This document shows, one piece after another, positions 11,400-24,429 of a stretch of DNA of 64,000 nucleotides. The stretch lies in the NCBI GenBank assembly GCA_047967505.1, contig CM106538.1. The stretch is one strand, 5' to 3'. Numbering within the stretch: position 1 is the stretch's first letter; each line of letters begins with the position of its first letter. The translations under genes were made by a program, and so were the position numbers. Under the pieces are notes generated by a model. It was not told the DNA's origin. It searched no databases and was given only the letters and a program-made list of their open reading frames with translations. Origin of the DNA: Dipteris shenzhenensis. Lineage: Eukaryota.

Positions 11400-14300
11400 G
11401 CACCCGATTCCGCCTCAAAATGATAGACATTATTGCTTGTGATAGTTAGAGAGAACACGGGATCATCTTTGCAGACGTAAGTTGGGAGTTGTATCAAGTT
11501 ATTCAGAAACATGAAAATTTATTCATGCTCATCAGAAATGCTCTGATTCTGAGGGCATGGCTGTATCATGTGTGCTTCACACGTCTGCAGAACATTTCCT
11601 GCTAGGTGAACCTTACAAGATCTCAATAGTTAGTAGCGTGTTCTTGTAATCATGGCAATCGCCTGTTTTTTTTTCCGCGCGCCCCCCCCCAAAATGCCCA
11701 CCTTTTGTGAGGTGATCGAGCAGCGGCAGGTCAGGTAGTAGGGCGTTTACCCACCTCCCCGCTGATAGCATGGGTGTGGGGAGGAAATCAATTGATTTTT
11801 CTCTCATTGAGAGTTTCCCTATGTTCATGAGCTTTTGTTGTTGGTTTAGCACGGTCACTAAGAATGTCTTTTTAAAGTCCTCCTTTGAAGGTTGTGCTAG
11901 ATTGCGAGGACGTGGGGGCGCGGGCGAGACACCGGCTGTTCATTATTTTGTAAGGCACACTCATAGTTGAATGTATATTATTATATATTAGTAGTGTGCT
12001 TTGTAAGGGATTGTCATTGTATGCCATTGATATTGCTCTTCTGCATGAAGTTCGTATGAGGTCCCTATTGCAAAAAGACTCTTGCTCCCAACTTTTACGA
12101 TTCCAGATAACATGCTATTTGATCTGCATCAGCTATTGTTGCTACTTTTGCTCAACATCCATACGTTAGAGTATTTTCTCATTGAAGGACGATTGCTTTT
12201 GGGGCTAATAATTTTAGAAATAGACATGCTCAAAAAGATTGTACTAGTTATGATGAAGTCACAAATTTATTACTTGCGACTTTTCTTTGAAAATTTTAGC
12301 TTCTATTAATGCGATTTTACAATCCTATGCATCTTGCGAATTTCAAAGATCTTGTATCCTTATTTGAAAGAAAAGCAAATTTATGAAAATTTCAAAGGTT
12401 GTTAGACTTTTGATTAATCAAATGATTGTTGTTTTGTTTCTAAGGTTCTATGGAGCTTATCCCAAATTGATTAGATTCTTCTTCGTCTTTGAACTTCTTT
12501 CTAGCATTTGTAAGAAAAAAATATTACTTTTGGACTACAAAGTAAATGATCCAAGAATGAAAAGGTTGGCAATTTTAACTGAGCAAAGAAGGCAAATAGT
12601 GTGGCAATGCTCAAATGGAAGTTTCAGCTATCTCATAGCATGTGATTCAACTGTGCTAGATTTATGCAAAGGTTTGAGAATGCCAATGGCATTAAAAAAG
12701 AATAAAATTTAGTGGACTATCTAATATATGATGTGAAAGACTATTGAGGTTGGATGGTTTTGTTATTGTGTCAGACATCACAATAATTTTGGACAATATT
12801 AAATAATAGAGGGTTGGATAAGGTCATATGGAATCTTCAACACAAATTTTCCACGTGGATTCCATTGTTAACAAAGACTCTCCTTTTAGAAGGAATTATG
12901 TTTATCTACAAAAAACCTGCAAAAAGTCATTGGCTCTTCACAATATAAAATTTCTTTGACTTTCCCTTATTTTCCTAAATCCTAAACCATCCCCAAACTA
13001 GAATCATGCTCACATGTTCTATTTGATTAACAACTGTGAATTGAACTAGGTCTCGCTGAGTTTACCTCCACATTCACATGTTTTCATTTTTCACCTCTAC
13101 CAAGTGTTTGTTCTCGCCTGCTCTTGTAGTCACATGCAAAATCATCTCAAATCTTGTCACTCACGCTTTTCCTTTCTTATTTTTCACATCTCTCTCTCTC
13201 CTCTCATTATTCTTTTTAACAAAAGCTTATATCCATTCTCAATGCAGTTACTTCTCTTCTCTCCCAAGCTATTATCTTCGTTCGTTTTGATTTGTCAGTT
13301 TTTCTCAAAGATTAGCGTTGTGATGCCTCTCTACCTCGGTAGATGCAAGAAGAGTGCAAGTTAATGGTGATTTATTGTTTTTATCCTTGAAGGAGAACAC
13401 TCGGTTAGTATTACAAGGAGGTGTGACCTTTTTTTTAAATCTATGATTTGATTTCGTCTTTAAAATCTTTGTCTATTTTATAGAATAAGGTATTACGTAT
13501 GGAAAACTAAAACGAGGTTTAGATCTTCCTATGCACTAACCTATGAGTTTTGATTTTGTCCTCATATTATATTTTAGATGAAATTTTTGCTTTGTTTTCT
13601 TGTATATTGTTTGTAATAAGCCTTATGCTTCTTACAAGGTTAGACAATATGGAGGATTCACATAAATCAAGAGCTAGAATCCATTTTATTGATTTTGTTA
13701 AATGTAAACAACAATATGCTTTCAAAACTCATAAAATCAAGGCACACTATCTATCGCCAAATTTGGTACAGTTAGAGCTCCCAAAATTTTCTCCTTTTGA
13801 TTGTCTATTTTCTTGTCTAGAACTATGAACTCCATTTATTTAGTAGTTTGAAATGATGTTTAAATACAAGTTATGAAGTAGCTTTTGGTTTTAGTTTAAG
13901 CATAGTATTTCTTTAGTTAATTTTTTGAAGAGATAATAAGATAGTATATTAATATAACTATAGTTTTTTCATCAAATTTTGACATCTTTTATTCATGTGG
14001 TTGATCTTTTATTCTTATGTAGATTTTTATAGAGATAGAAGAGCTTGGTTATTTTGATCTCCTTTTTAATTGCTATCTTTATCAAGCAATATAGATTAGA
14101 ATGATTTACTCCAAACTTTAGAAAACTCGTTTGACGTTAATTGTTTGTATTTTGTTCTTTGCCTTATAAGTAGGGAGCCTTTAATTTTATCTTATTGGTT
14201 CTCTTGCTTTCGTTCTACTAGATTATGTGAAGAAACAATAGTTTGCTAAGGAAAAATTACGATTTTCTTTAACTATTTTTAGCCCTTTGATATATACTTT

Positions 14301-14714
14301 TAAAAAGTGCTAGTATTAATTTTTAGATATTATATTAAGGGAATAGGTAAGATCAAATTGAAAATTGAGCAATATCAAAGCAAGTTTACAATTTCTCATC
14401 TTGAAGAATATAAAAATGAGGAAGAAGTTAACGAATGGATCCCCCAAGGATACAAAAACTATTCGTGGGTCACAATGCGACCCAATAATCAAGGCTTATA
14501 TAAATTTGACAAAGGTTTTCATAGAGCCTCTTGAGGCAAAACAGTAAACAGGGTGTACTTCATCACCTCTTCAAATACAAGGATATTTAGCTTCATCCTA
14601 TCGGAGACCCAATTATAAGATTTAAGATGTAATTTATTAGTGTGTTTTTTATTTTTGTTATTGTTGCTTACAATGAATGGTGTGTTGTACAACTACATTC
14701 ATCAAACTTTTTAG

Positions 14715-15341
14715 ACTACTGCATGTACTCCATGGTGAGCTAGGAGGCTTCAGTACGAAGGTCGCACTCCATCAAAACTAAAGAAAAATGAATGTCCATC
14801 TTGCTTAATAATGAGGGCGAGCATGGAACACTACAACAAATTTCCTTTCCTGCCTTCGATAGTCCCAATTTTGGTGAGTCTTTTGTTACACTTTCTTGAG
14901 TATTTATAAATTACATCAATGATTGATGTTGACAAGTATTAACAGATTTGCATGGGAGTAGGTACTTTCCTAGAAGGCAAAAATTGTGCATATTTTTTAA
15001 GTATCGAAGGTGGCAATGGAAAATTTATAGATGGTGACTTGTGGGATGGGCTCCATACTCCATTAGCAGAGGTAGCTATTTCTTGCTATGGGCATATAGC
15101 CTAATGTTGCATGTGGAAGAGGATTGGACCCTACGATTCATAGTGGATGTGGCAATAATAATGCCCCACAAGGCTATTATTTTAAACTTGGCAGTCATAA
15201 GCTTAGTTTAAAAAGATGCCATTTTTTAAAATAGGAAATTTTGAGATAACATACACTATTTGTGTGTAGGTTAGATATAGGGGAGGCATTAATGATCCTT
15301 TGAAAGAGCTATACGCCCCATATAGTCTAGAGATAGTGGAG
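14715..15341 (+). pseudogene. Unidentified spliced-gene relic (host or DNA-transposon gene)
   Basis: Three AG..GT-bounded segments with lengths divisible by 3: 14715-14873 (one TGA), 14946-15071 and 15270-15341 (both open). No family recognised. Confidence 0.35.
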
Positions 15342-15593
15342 GTTGGTTTGGAAGAATTACCTTTTTAATTTGCAACCCATTGTTGCAGATTGTATTGAGA
15401 CCATTGGCATTGAGACATATCTCACAAAAATTGTATCTAATAAAATATATGGGTATTATGAGCTACCAAATTGTTTTGTCAATTGTCAATTGATATGTTA
15501 TGCAATAATATATAATTTCCTTTTAGTATCTAATGATTCTAGAATTTATATATTTTATTTTTGACTTATGTGTTTGAGCAAAGAACTAATTGA

Positions 15594-15667
<74 letters not shown>
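15594..15667. repeat. (AG)n microsatellite
   Basis: Visible directly in the sequence. Confidence 0.95.
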
Positions 15668-15954
15668 TAAACAATGCACTCACATTAGCTATTTAGTAGA
15701 TTGGTTTGGGTAGCACTTTGAATTCTTACATACGTCAGGGAATTGAGAATGTGTTAGCAGATTTGTATTTATTTAACTTGTGAAAAAATTGAAATGTATA
15801 TCTATGAATTCAATTAAGTTCTGGGACTTTGTGTTTTTGCTTATGTGGAGAGACCATGAAAAGAGATAAGGTAGCCAGAAAATCAAGGGAAAGAAGGGAA
15901 AGTTAGAAAAATATTAAAGCTCAACTTAGAGAGACAAAGATAGAACAAGATGGA

Positions 15955-15956
<2 letters not shown>

Positions 15957-15989
<33 letters not shown>

Positions 15990-15993
15990 ACGC

Positions 15994-16045
<52 letters not shown>
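15957..16045. repeat. (TG)n(AG)n compound microsatellite
   Basis: Visible directly in the sequence. Confidence 0.95.
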
Positions 16046-16047
<2 letters not shown>

Positions 16048-17319
16048 TTTCCCCATGGTTGACATTCATATTTCACTCTAGCATTCTTGCCACCATGTGT
16101 ACTTGCTTAGAAATTTGCTAATCTATTATTCGAGTTCACACCATCTATCTTCCACATGATGGATTCCTCTAAAGTAGCATTCCAAGTTTATATGTCATCA
16201 AACTCCATAGTTTTGAATGACTAAATACACCCATTCTTTTGCAAGTCAATAAAAGTAAGGGAATCCTTGAGATCCTTTGTTCCTATTGATCATCCGTCTC
16301 TCCAATTTGTTGATTGGCAAGTGAATCTATCCAAATATTGAATTGTTTTTGGTAGGGGGTCCCTATTGATGTCGTATACTCAATAGGTCCTTGCCAAAAC
16401 TTTAAGAAGGTTATTGGAAGGGCCTTAGAAAATATCCCTCAATCTTTGAAGCTGGAGCCTGGACCCCTTGATGATAGCTCCCAATGTCACTCTTTTGTTG
16501 ATATAGATTTATGCAACCCTCAACGTAGTCATACTGTCCTCATAAATTGAGGAGGATTCTTAGGGAGCACCTTCTTCTATAGCTACTTCACATGCTAGCA
16601 TACACATACACATTGAGTCCAATTGAATAATTTGTTGATGCTCAAGAAGAGTGTATTGAGAGTCAACTCATCCCCTTGGTACACCCAAACCGTGCTCAAC
16701 AATCTTTATCTTCAATGTTCCCAATATTGTAGCATAGATGCCACACTTGGCATCGCTTGACTTACAATAGATGGTGAGTGGTATCTCACCTTGCTAGATG
16801 TTTTGGAGGCTACTGGAGGATGATGCCATCTATCAAATGAGAAACAATATATGATTCATTGGCTTTGGAATCAAAGAGACTGATCTTTTTTACACTATTC
16901 AATGGACTCACCTCACTGACATGGAGGCAATCCTGGCTAGTTGATAAGCTATCGAAGATGCTACTAGAAATTGCCATATGTCTGACATGGAGCCAGCCTT
17001 GGCTACCTAACAAGCTATTAAAGATGTTGTTGCAAAGTATCATGTGTCTGAAGAGATGTTTCAGCCATCTATTACTCCAAAATCATAGGAAGCTAGTGCC
17101 TCAATGCAAGGTAGCCAAGATCCACCGGGGAAGACTATCGTTCGTGATGCACCAAATGATGCCATCAGAGATGAACGTGAAAAGGTATACATTGGACCAT
17201 CCCAATTCATAGTGTGCACCAGTATATCTAGAGTTGCTAAAATATTTTATTGTTATTATAGTTTGAATTTTATTTAGACCCATGTGTTGCAAGAGGCACT
17301 CATGTACACCTCAATAAAG

Positions 17320-18200
17320 TTCATGCAAAAAATTGCCTCCATGCCCCTCATCCATTATGGTGCATCTAAAGGTCACTTTTTTCATGAAAGTGGCCTCTAG
17401 GTGCATCATAATAGATGAGGGGTCTGAGGGCAAATTTTTTTCTTGAAAGGTTGGATCAAAATAAACTACAAATTTGAATAGAAGTTTGGATGGATTTAAA
17501 CCCTAGTTAGAGTTTTGATAGATGAAAACTTGGTTTTATCTCTATTTAATTATTTTTGAAGAGCCGATTCATGGAAATGAGAGGGACGACATGATCAAAA
17601 TCGATGAAAAAGAGAGGCATCTAGACCTCTCACTTGTGACAATGCATTTGGACGCCAATATTTGCAAAAAGTGGCCTCTAGTTGCACCATAATCGATGAG
17701 TGGTCTAGAGCCTATGAAAATGCACATTTAATATTTGTGTATCATGATAGAACCTTTGGATGAATAAAAATGGAAATTTTATATAAAGAGTTTGAATGAA
17801 TTAAAACCCTATATAGGATTCTAATAAATGCAAATATGGCTTTATTTTTTAATTTCTATTTTGAGAAGTGGCCATGGAGGTGAAAGGAGACAATTGAAAT
17901 TCGTGCAAGAGAAAGGCTTCAAGACGAGTGATGCATTATAGTGCATTTAGAGACCAATTTGTATAAAAGGTGGCCTCCAAGAACACTTACTAATGGGTGA
18001 TCTAGTGGCCTCTAGCCACATCCTATGAATGATGGTCTAGTGGTGTTTTTTTTCATAGATTTAACCATGCATATTTTTGTATCCTTGTGTACCCTATGGA
18101 TGGAAAGGACTTCAAAAAATTGTAGTGTTTTGAATGCCCAAAAACCCTAATTAGTTTTTTAGGCATTTAGGCACCATTAATAACTTGCAAAATTCCTAAT
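17320..18200. repeat. Three diverged ~300-bp tandem units, each with an imperfect palindrome; probably DNA-transposon subterminal repeats
   Basis: Hairpin at 17320-17446 (arms ..CCCCTCATCCATTATGGTGCATCTAAAGGTCACTTT / AAAGTGGCCTCTAGGTGCATCATAATAGATGAGGGG..). The AAAGTGGCCTC..CAC and AAACCCTA motifs recur at ~17665 and ~17965. Confidence 0.6.
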
Positions 18201-19290
18201 TAGAGTTTTGATTCAAATTAGTATAACTTGTACATTTGGTGATTCCAAGATGTTCCCTAGATTGATGAATTTTCATCACGCTAAGCGAGGGGAGACAATC
18301 TACTAAGGCAAGTATGTCCTTGCACATTACATCAAGAGGCTTTCTTTCACATGTCATAGTATTCCATCAATAAACATATCTCATGCTAGAAAATTGGATA
18401 TCATGACGTTGAGGGCATTGAGGCAACAATTTGAAGATAAACACAATAAAGACAAATAGTGACAAGGTTGTGTTGGGAAAGTAGAGCATTGCTTTGTGTC
18501 TTTTCTCAAACACATAGGCTAGGTCCCTCCATCTAATATTGGTTGTTGCCGAGCTTACTGGTGCTAAAGACTTAGTGATCATTGAAAGGGAGATTACTAA
18601 CCCTTAGATTATTAGGCTAGCAAAGGAAGCTAGAGGACCTAGTCACAAGAAGCATATGCTAGTTGTATGTACTAAGGAATGTTGTATCACTTGGGATCTC
18701 TTATTACAAAGTGTACAATGGAGTTATGAATATATATATATTACTTGTGTATTTATTTTTATTACCTTCCTATGTTGAGATTAATTTGATATGAGATGGA
18801 TGTGTTTGTAGCAAGTTTCAAATAACTAAATTTAATTCATACAAATCTCAATAAACAATTTTGGAATGCAATAGAGACTCTCATAGAAATATAGTGCAAG
18901 AAAGAGAAATAATATTTGTATTTGACCAACATACAAAATACTCATAGAGATTCCATACAACGATGAAGCTCAGGGAGTTTGAGCCCCAAATAGCCCAAGG
19001 CCAAAGTGTGTAGGCAACGTGCATAGGTGGTATGTTTCAGCTGCTGCCAAGTTATAGGTTCCAGCTGCCACATTGTATGTTCCAGTTGCAAGCTGCGGTC
19101 AAGTGTCTCGCAGAAGTTAGGCCTCGCCACTCCAGGTTTTGAGCCTCATGCATGGGGTTCGAACCACAAATGGCTTAAGGCTTGAGGGCGCTTAGGGAGT
19201 TTGAGCCCCAAATAGCCTAAGCCTCGGAGGCACGAGGCTAACACAAGCGCTATTTGGGAACCAGTTAGGAACACCTCCTAATTCTAGGTT

Positions 19291-19824
19291 TGTCCTAAGC
19301 GCTCTAATATGGTTAACACAAGTGCTATTTCTGCTAGTAGGGAGAGATGGAAAGAATAGCAATATGCCTTGGCACCCTACGGCCCCAAGGGCGTTTTATT
19401 GTAAAAGAGAAGGAGAGTGCTAAAGAAAAAGTGTTGGCCCTCCCTTCAAAAGGTGACTTGTATAAAAGGCCAAATGGTTGACTTTGGTCTTCATTGTTGT
19501 TTGCACAAGTTTGAATAGAAGCTCCCTCTTCTCTTCCAAGAGTGTTTTCGGTGTTCTCTTGTTTCCATTGTAGTGCCCTTGTGTTTGCCACTCCATCCCC
19601 CTTCACTCTCTTCTTCCCTTCTCCTTCTCCCTTCTCTTCTCTCCTCTCCCCCTTCCCTCTTTCTGTTGTGGAAACACATTGCAACAATCCAGAGTTTGCT
19701 TGAGTGACACTTGCGGATGGCTCATGCCTTGCATTGCTCTCACAAGGACTAGCTTGGAGTGGAGGCTCCATCGGCATCTCTTCAACATCCCCATGACACG
19801 TGAGTCATTGCCGAGACCCACACA
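19291..19824 (+). mobile_element. Solo or partial LTR of the same Ty3/gypsy family as 52455-53066
   Basis: CCCTCCCTTCAAAAGGTG..TGACTTTGGTCTTCATTGT..GAATA.AAGCTC matches the reverse complement of 52760-52860. Boundaries approximate. Confidence 0.6.
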
Positions 19825-21842
19825 CTAAATATCTAATATCTATCTATTTGTAGTAGTGTCCTTGCCTCTTCTAAAAGTTTAACACTATTTGCATGTCTTT
19901 TCCGTCGATGTTCACTCGCTTTTGGTAGATGGACAAAAGCTATGTCATCAAAGAGATCTACTAGTAGGTAGGCCTCTGTAGTGATCTGTAATGCTACCTA
20001 TGCCTCATCTATTATTCTCCAAGCCCATTAAAAAAAAAAAAATCTCTAGTTTGTATGATCTTGTGTAAAAATTGAAAATTTGGCCTTTGGTATGAGGAGA
20101 TCCATAGAAGTTTGGTAATTGTAGATCTTTCTCAAAGCCTTTGTGGCTATCTTGAACTACCTTCTTCTTCAAAAGAGGAGGATTTGGCACCCAAGAGCGA
20201 TAGCCCATAGGTGGAGGGTGATTCCATGAAGGTTGATGCAATTGTGGATGACATGCTTCCAAAATGGATTCATAGCCCCCACAAAAGTCTCATTATCATC
20301 TTCCTTAACCTTTTCTTTTGCAATATATGTACCAAAGTATAAAGTATGGGTCAAGTGCTGACCACACTACAGCCTTTTCCAACCTTTTATAATGTTTTCC
20401 CCTCATTCACAATAGGCATTGCACAACTTTATCCCATACATCGAACTCAATGTCACGTTTGAGTCCGTGATGTTTTCCTTTGTAGATAGAAATATCAAAT
20501 GACACCACCAAAACTTGGTGTGTATGGAATATCTCCTAATTTCCTTTCTTTTTTTTCATTTTTCTTGGACAAAGTGCAATCCCATATTTAAAAGCACTTC
20601 TCAATTCTTTCAATCTTATTTTGACTCTCTACTTTTGGCTTCAAACAAATGATATACAAGCAAATAAGCTCCTCGATTGCCCTTATGATAGCATAAAGCA
20701 CACATTTGTGTACCCTCTCTAAGAGGGTAGCCAGGATTGTTTTCCAAGGCTTATGATTTCTATTGAAATGATTTGGTGTCTTGCTTTGGGCAATGTTTCC
20801 AAGTCTACCAACCCATGGTTTTCAAATCAAAAATTAGATGCCATTTACTTTGTAGGATACATAGCCTTCAACCTCAAGTAGCTCACCACTATTATATCTA
20901 TTTGTCACATTAGGAATACATGTGGTAAAAGAGCACTTCAAAACTTCACCTGATTCTTTAGGGATGTGAAAAAGATGAGATACATTACTTTCCAACACAT
21001 CTCAAGTATATGCAATTATACAGGTACAAAAATGTTACCTCAAATGTAGCTTACCACTAATATTCTAATTGAATGATGAATTGCTTTGGGTCATCAAGGG
21101 CAAGCTCCATGTTTAAAGTTATATTTATTAGTGTTAAACTAAGTCTTCCTAACTTTTGACCTTTGACCACTTCAAATTCATCAAGTTTTAGGATAATCTT
21201 CAATTTTCCATTGCATTCTTCCATAGGTATATATAAAACTTGAACATGGCTTGCAATATTCTTTGAACATTCATCACAAAGTTGTTTTTATTTGTCATAT
21301 CAACCCTCTACAACTTTCCATCATGTATTTTCACACTTATTATACTACAAAAATTCTAAGGCTTACCAACTAGTTCAAGTACCCCCAAATCCAGAGCGTG
21401 ACAAGATTTATCAATTTCTATACTGATTCTAGTAGTGGGGCCTTACTTTTGTCCCAAGTGAAAGGCATGCTTGTTTTAGATTCTTAAATATGAGGCACAC
21501 TTATGCATTGAATTAGAGGCTATATTTGATTTGATTAAATCAGATTTGTGCTGATGTATTATAGATTCTAGCACTTTTTCTGTGAAAACTTTTCCCACAA
21601 CACTAGAACATTCATCATGGAGACGAATGAGCTCTAAAAGAGTCCTACAAGCTACAAGCTCTAAATAAATGGCTCTAATACCCAATTTTCTTAGCCAATT
21701 CATCAATTGTAGCTACTTTTCCTTTTGCACAATCATGCACCCATTGGAGTGTTTTTTATGTATATCTATTTTCTTGACAAGTCTGAAATCTTCTCCTTTA
21801 AAGGCTATGTTTTGCATTTGAAGTTGAAGGATTTGTATAGTA

Positions 21843-22260
21843 CTATCTGCCATGTGAGCATTTAGTGTCTTCATGTTACTTTACAATTCTTGATTCTCTT
21901 TATAAAGTCTAGCATTCCCTCTGTCCTTTTCGATGATTGTGACATTCAGATTCTATATAGATGACATGCAATGTTATTCCAAGCCTCTAGCATTCTAATC
22001 CTTGCATCTATTTCAAAAACCTAAAATAGATAGTAGATATGAAGAACATCATCTGCCATGTGAGCATTTAGTGTCTCAATCAATGTTGATTTGTAATTCT
22101 TGATTCTCTTTCTAAAGTTGCATTCCCTCTCTCCTTCTCGATGATGGTAACACTTAGATTCTGTATAGAGACATGCAATGTTTATTCCAATCCTCTAGCA
22201 TTGTAATTCTTGCATCTATTTCAAAAACCAAATATTGATAGTGGATATAAATAACCTTAT
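21843..22260. repeat. ~205-bp tandem duplication
   Basis: ATCTGCCATGTGAGCATTTAGTGTCT...TTGCATCTATTTCAAAAACC occurs twice (~21845, ~22051). Confidence 0.9.
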
Positions 22261-24429
22261 CTCCATGATCTTGTAACCTTTGACAGTATCCTCACAAGTC
22301 ATTCTCACCCTCGCACAAAAAGTTCACAAAACTAGCCAACCTATGGAATTGTGGAGCTTGTGAAGAGACTGGGTTTGAAGGATATGTCTTCCTATTAAGC
22401 CATGGATCACTGTAAACATTGTTGAAATCACTTTCACTTGCTAAATAGGATTCATTGCTATTTAAATTGGGATTCATGTGCTTTCTCCATTCATTTTGAA
22501 AACTACTGAAATCACTTGGACTTGCTAAAGTGGATTCATATCTATTTAAAATGGAAGCATTATCAACATCAATTTGAAAATGAATGTTAACTTTTATCTT
22601 GTAGCACCCACTCTAGTTTTAAAAATTTTCTCCTAATAAAACATATCTATAACATCAATAAACTGCTTTCCTTAACTCAAACTTTAAAACGTGAAATAAA
22701 ACCTTATATAAAGAAAAATCCTCAACCAATAGCAGCAAAAGAGGAATTTAGTCAGGAGCCCCACATTCTAGCAAAGTCTTGATATCATTGTAGTGTCCAT
22801 TTTCAGCCCATGTAGAGAGGCACACGTCCCTCTCTACTAGCACCATGTTGGCAATCGAATGGTGAAAATTCAACTCCTCTAGGAGGATGCAATGAAGGTA
22901 ATGAAATCAAATGCTTCCCTTGAATTTGAACTTGTAGTAGCTTGATCAAAATGGGATGAACTTAAATCCAAGATCTTAGTGTTGAAACACATTTTAGATT
23001 AGTTTCCATGGAGGTCTAGCTGACATTTTCTTTTCATAATTATCAAATAATTGCACTATGATTTTTTGATTATATACTAAAATGACATTTTCTAATAAAA
23101 TGTCAAAACAATATTATAATTTGACACTTTTGGTGCTCGGGAAATATACCACCTGTGTGCAGGTGAGTGCTATAGAAATAGTTTACTCATTGCACTAAAA
23201 ACTACTTTTATAACTTGAATAGGATAGATAGTGGTACTTTGACACTAAACTCACCATAGGAGTTTGTGGCTATACACAAGGGTGGTCAAGGGAGAGAGTG
23301 AGAGATTTGGATGATTCTCATTACTTGACTTGTACTTTATTAGAGTCAATATTTACTCTTATATTGTAAAATACATGTGATACATATTTTCTTAATCAAA
23401 TTGTCTAAGTCTTCAGTATACACATTATATCGAAGGATACACATGATACCTATTTTATTAATCAAGTTTTCTAAGTCTTTAGTATTCTTTGCTTTCTTAT
23501 TGCATTTATCAATGTCTAATTGTATAAGTTGATGTTAAATTATGAATGAATATGTGTAATCATATAATTTATTTTTTGCTTTAGTTTGTTCAATTTTGAT
23601 GAGGATTATTTTGAATGTTAGAGTATGAATTGGTTTCTTCATAATGCATCGATTTGTTTGATCAAAAGTATTGTAAGGTAGTGTTTCTAGCAAAGAGATA
23701 GAATGAATCAAGACTTAGGAAACTACTATGGATTTTTCAGGATTGTATCCCAAGTTGGTGATCATGTTGAATGATGGGCCATCAACTTCAAGTGCCATCC
23801 TCTTTGGAGGAATTAAAACATTTTATATCCTTAGCATGCTCCTATGCATGGTATATCCCTAATAATTGAATATCATTTCTTCAAAATGATTTGACTAACC
23901 ACCTTAAACCCAAGAATATTTTCAAGCCCTAATGAAAGGAGTTATGGGGATAAAAAGGAGAGGATGAGTGACAAGGAATCAAATCCATGAACCCAAAAAT
24001 GATTTAGTGAGATCGATGTAGAGGTAGTCCATGTTTTCTAAGAGACGGGTTTATATAGACTAACAAGAACATATTTGGAGTTGGGCAATGTTCAATCCAT
24101 TTGACAAATTTGAGCAAGGAAAGGAATACCCATTTTTAAATCATTTAGTTATTTTTTGGCTGATTTAGAAGACCAAAAGGCTAAGGGAGGGAAGAAGGAA
24201 GAGGTAGGTAGTTTATCATTGAATTTGGCTTTATCTTTTCAAGTGCTCCTCCCATAGTTCCTTTGGTGCTCCTTCGACAAGTTAGTAGGGCCTAGCATGT
24301 CCACCAAATGGGATTCAAAAATTCTTCAATCAATCCTCCAATGATGCCTTTGCCTTAGGTCTCAAAATCATTCTTCCTCTTGTGACCCTTGCAGTACATT
24401 GGGATTTGGTACTCTTATTCCATGATTTT

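Noticed and set aside
16150-16620. Possible LINE ORF1 relic (IGRAL..SFVDIDL)
   Set aside because: Similarity too weak to support without an HMM search.
20000-21700. Minus-strand coding-like fragments
   Set aside because: Many stops and no recognisable motif; probably a decayed TE gene.
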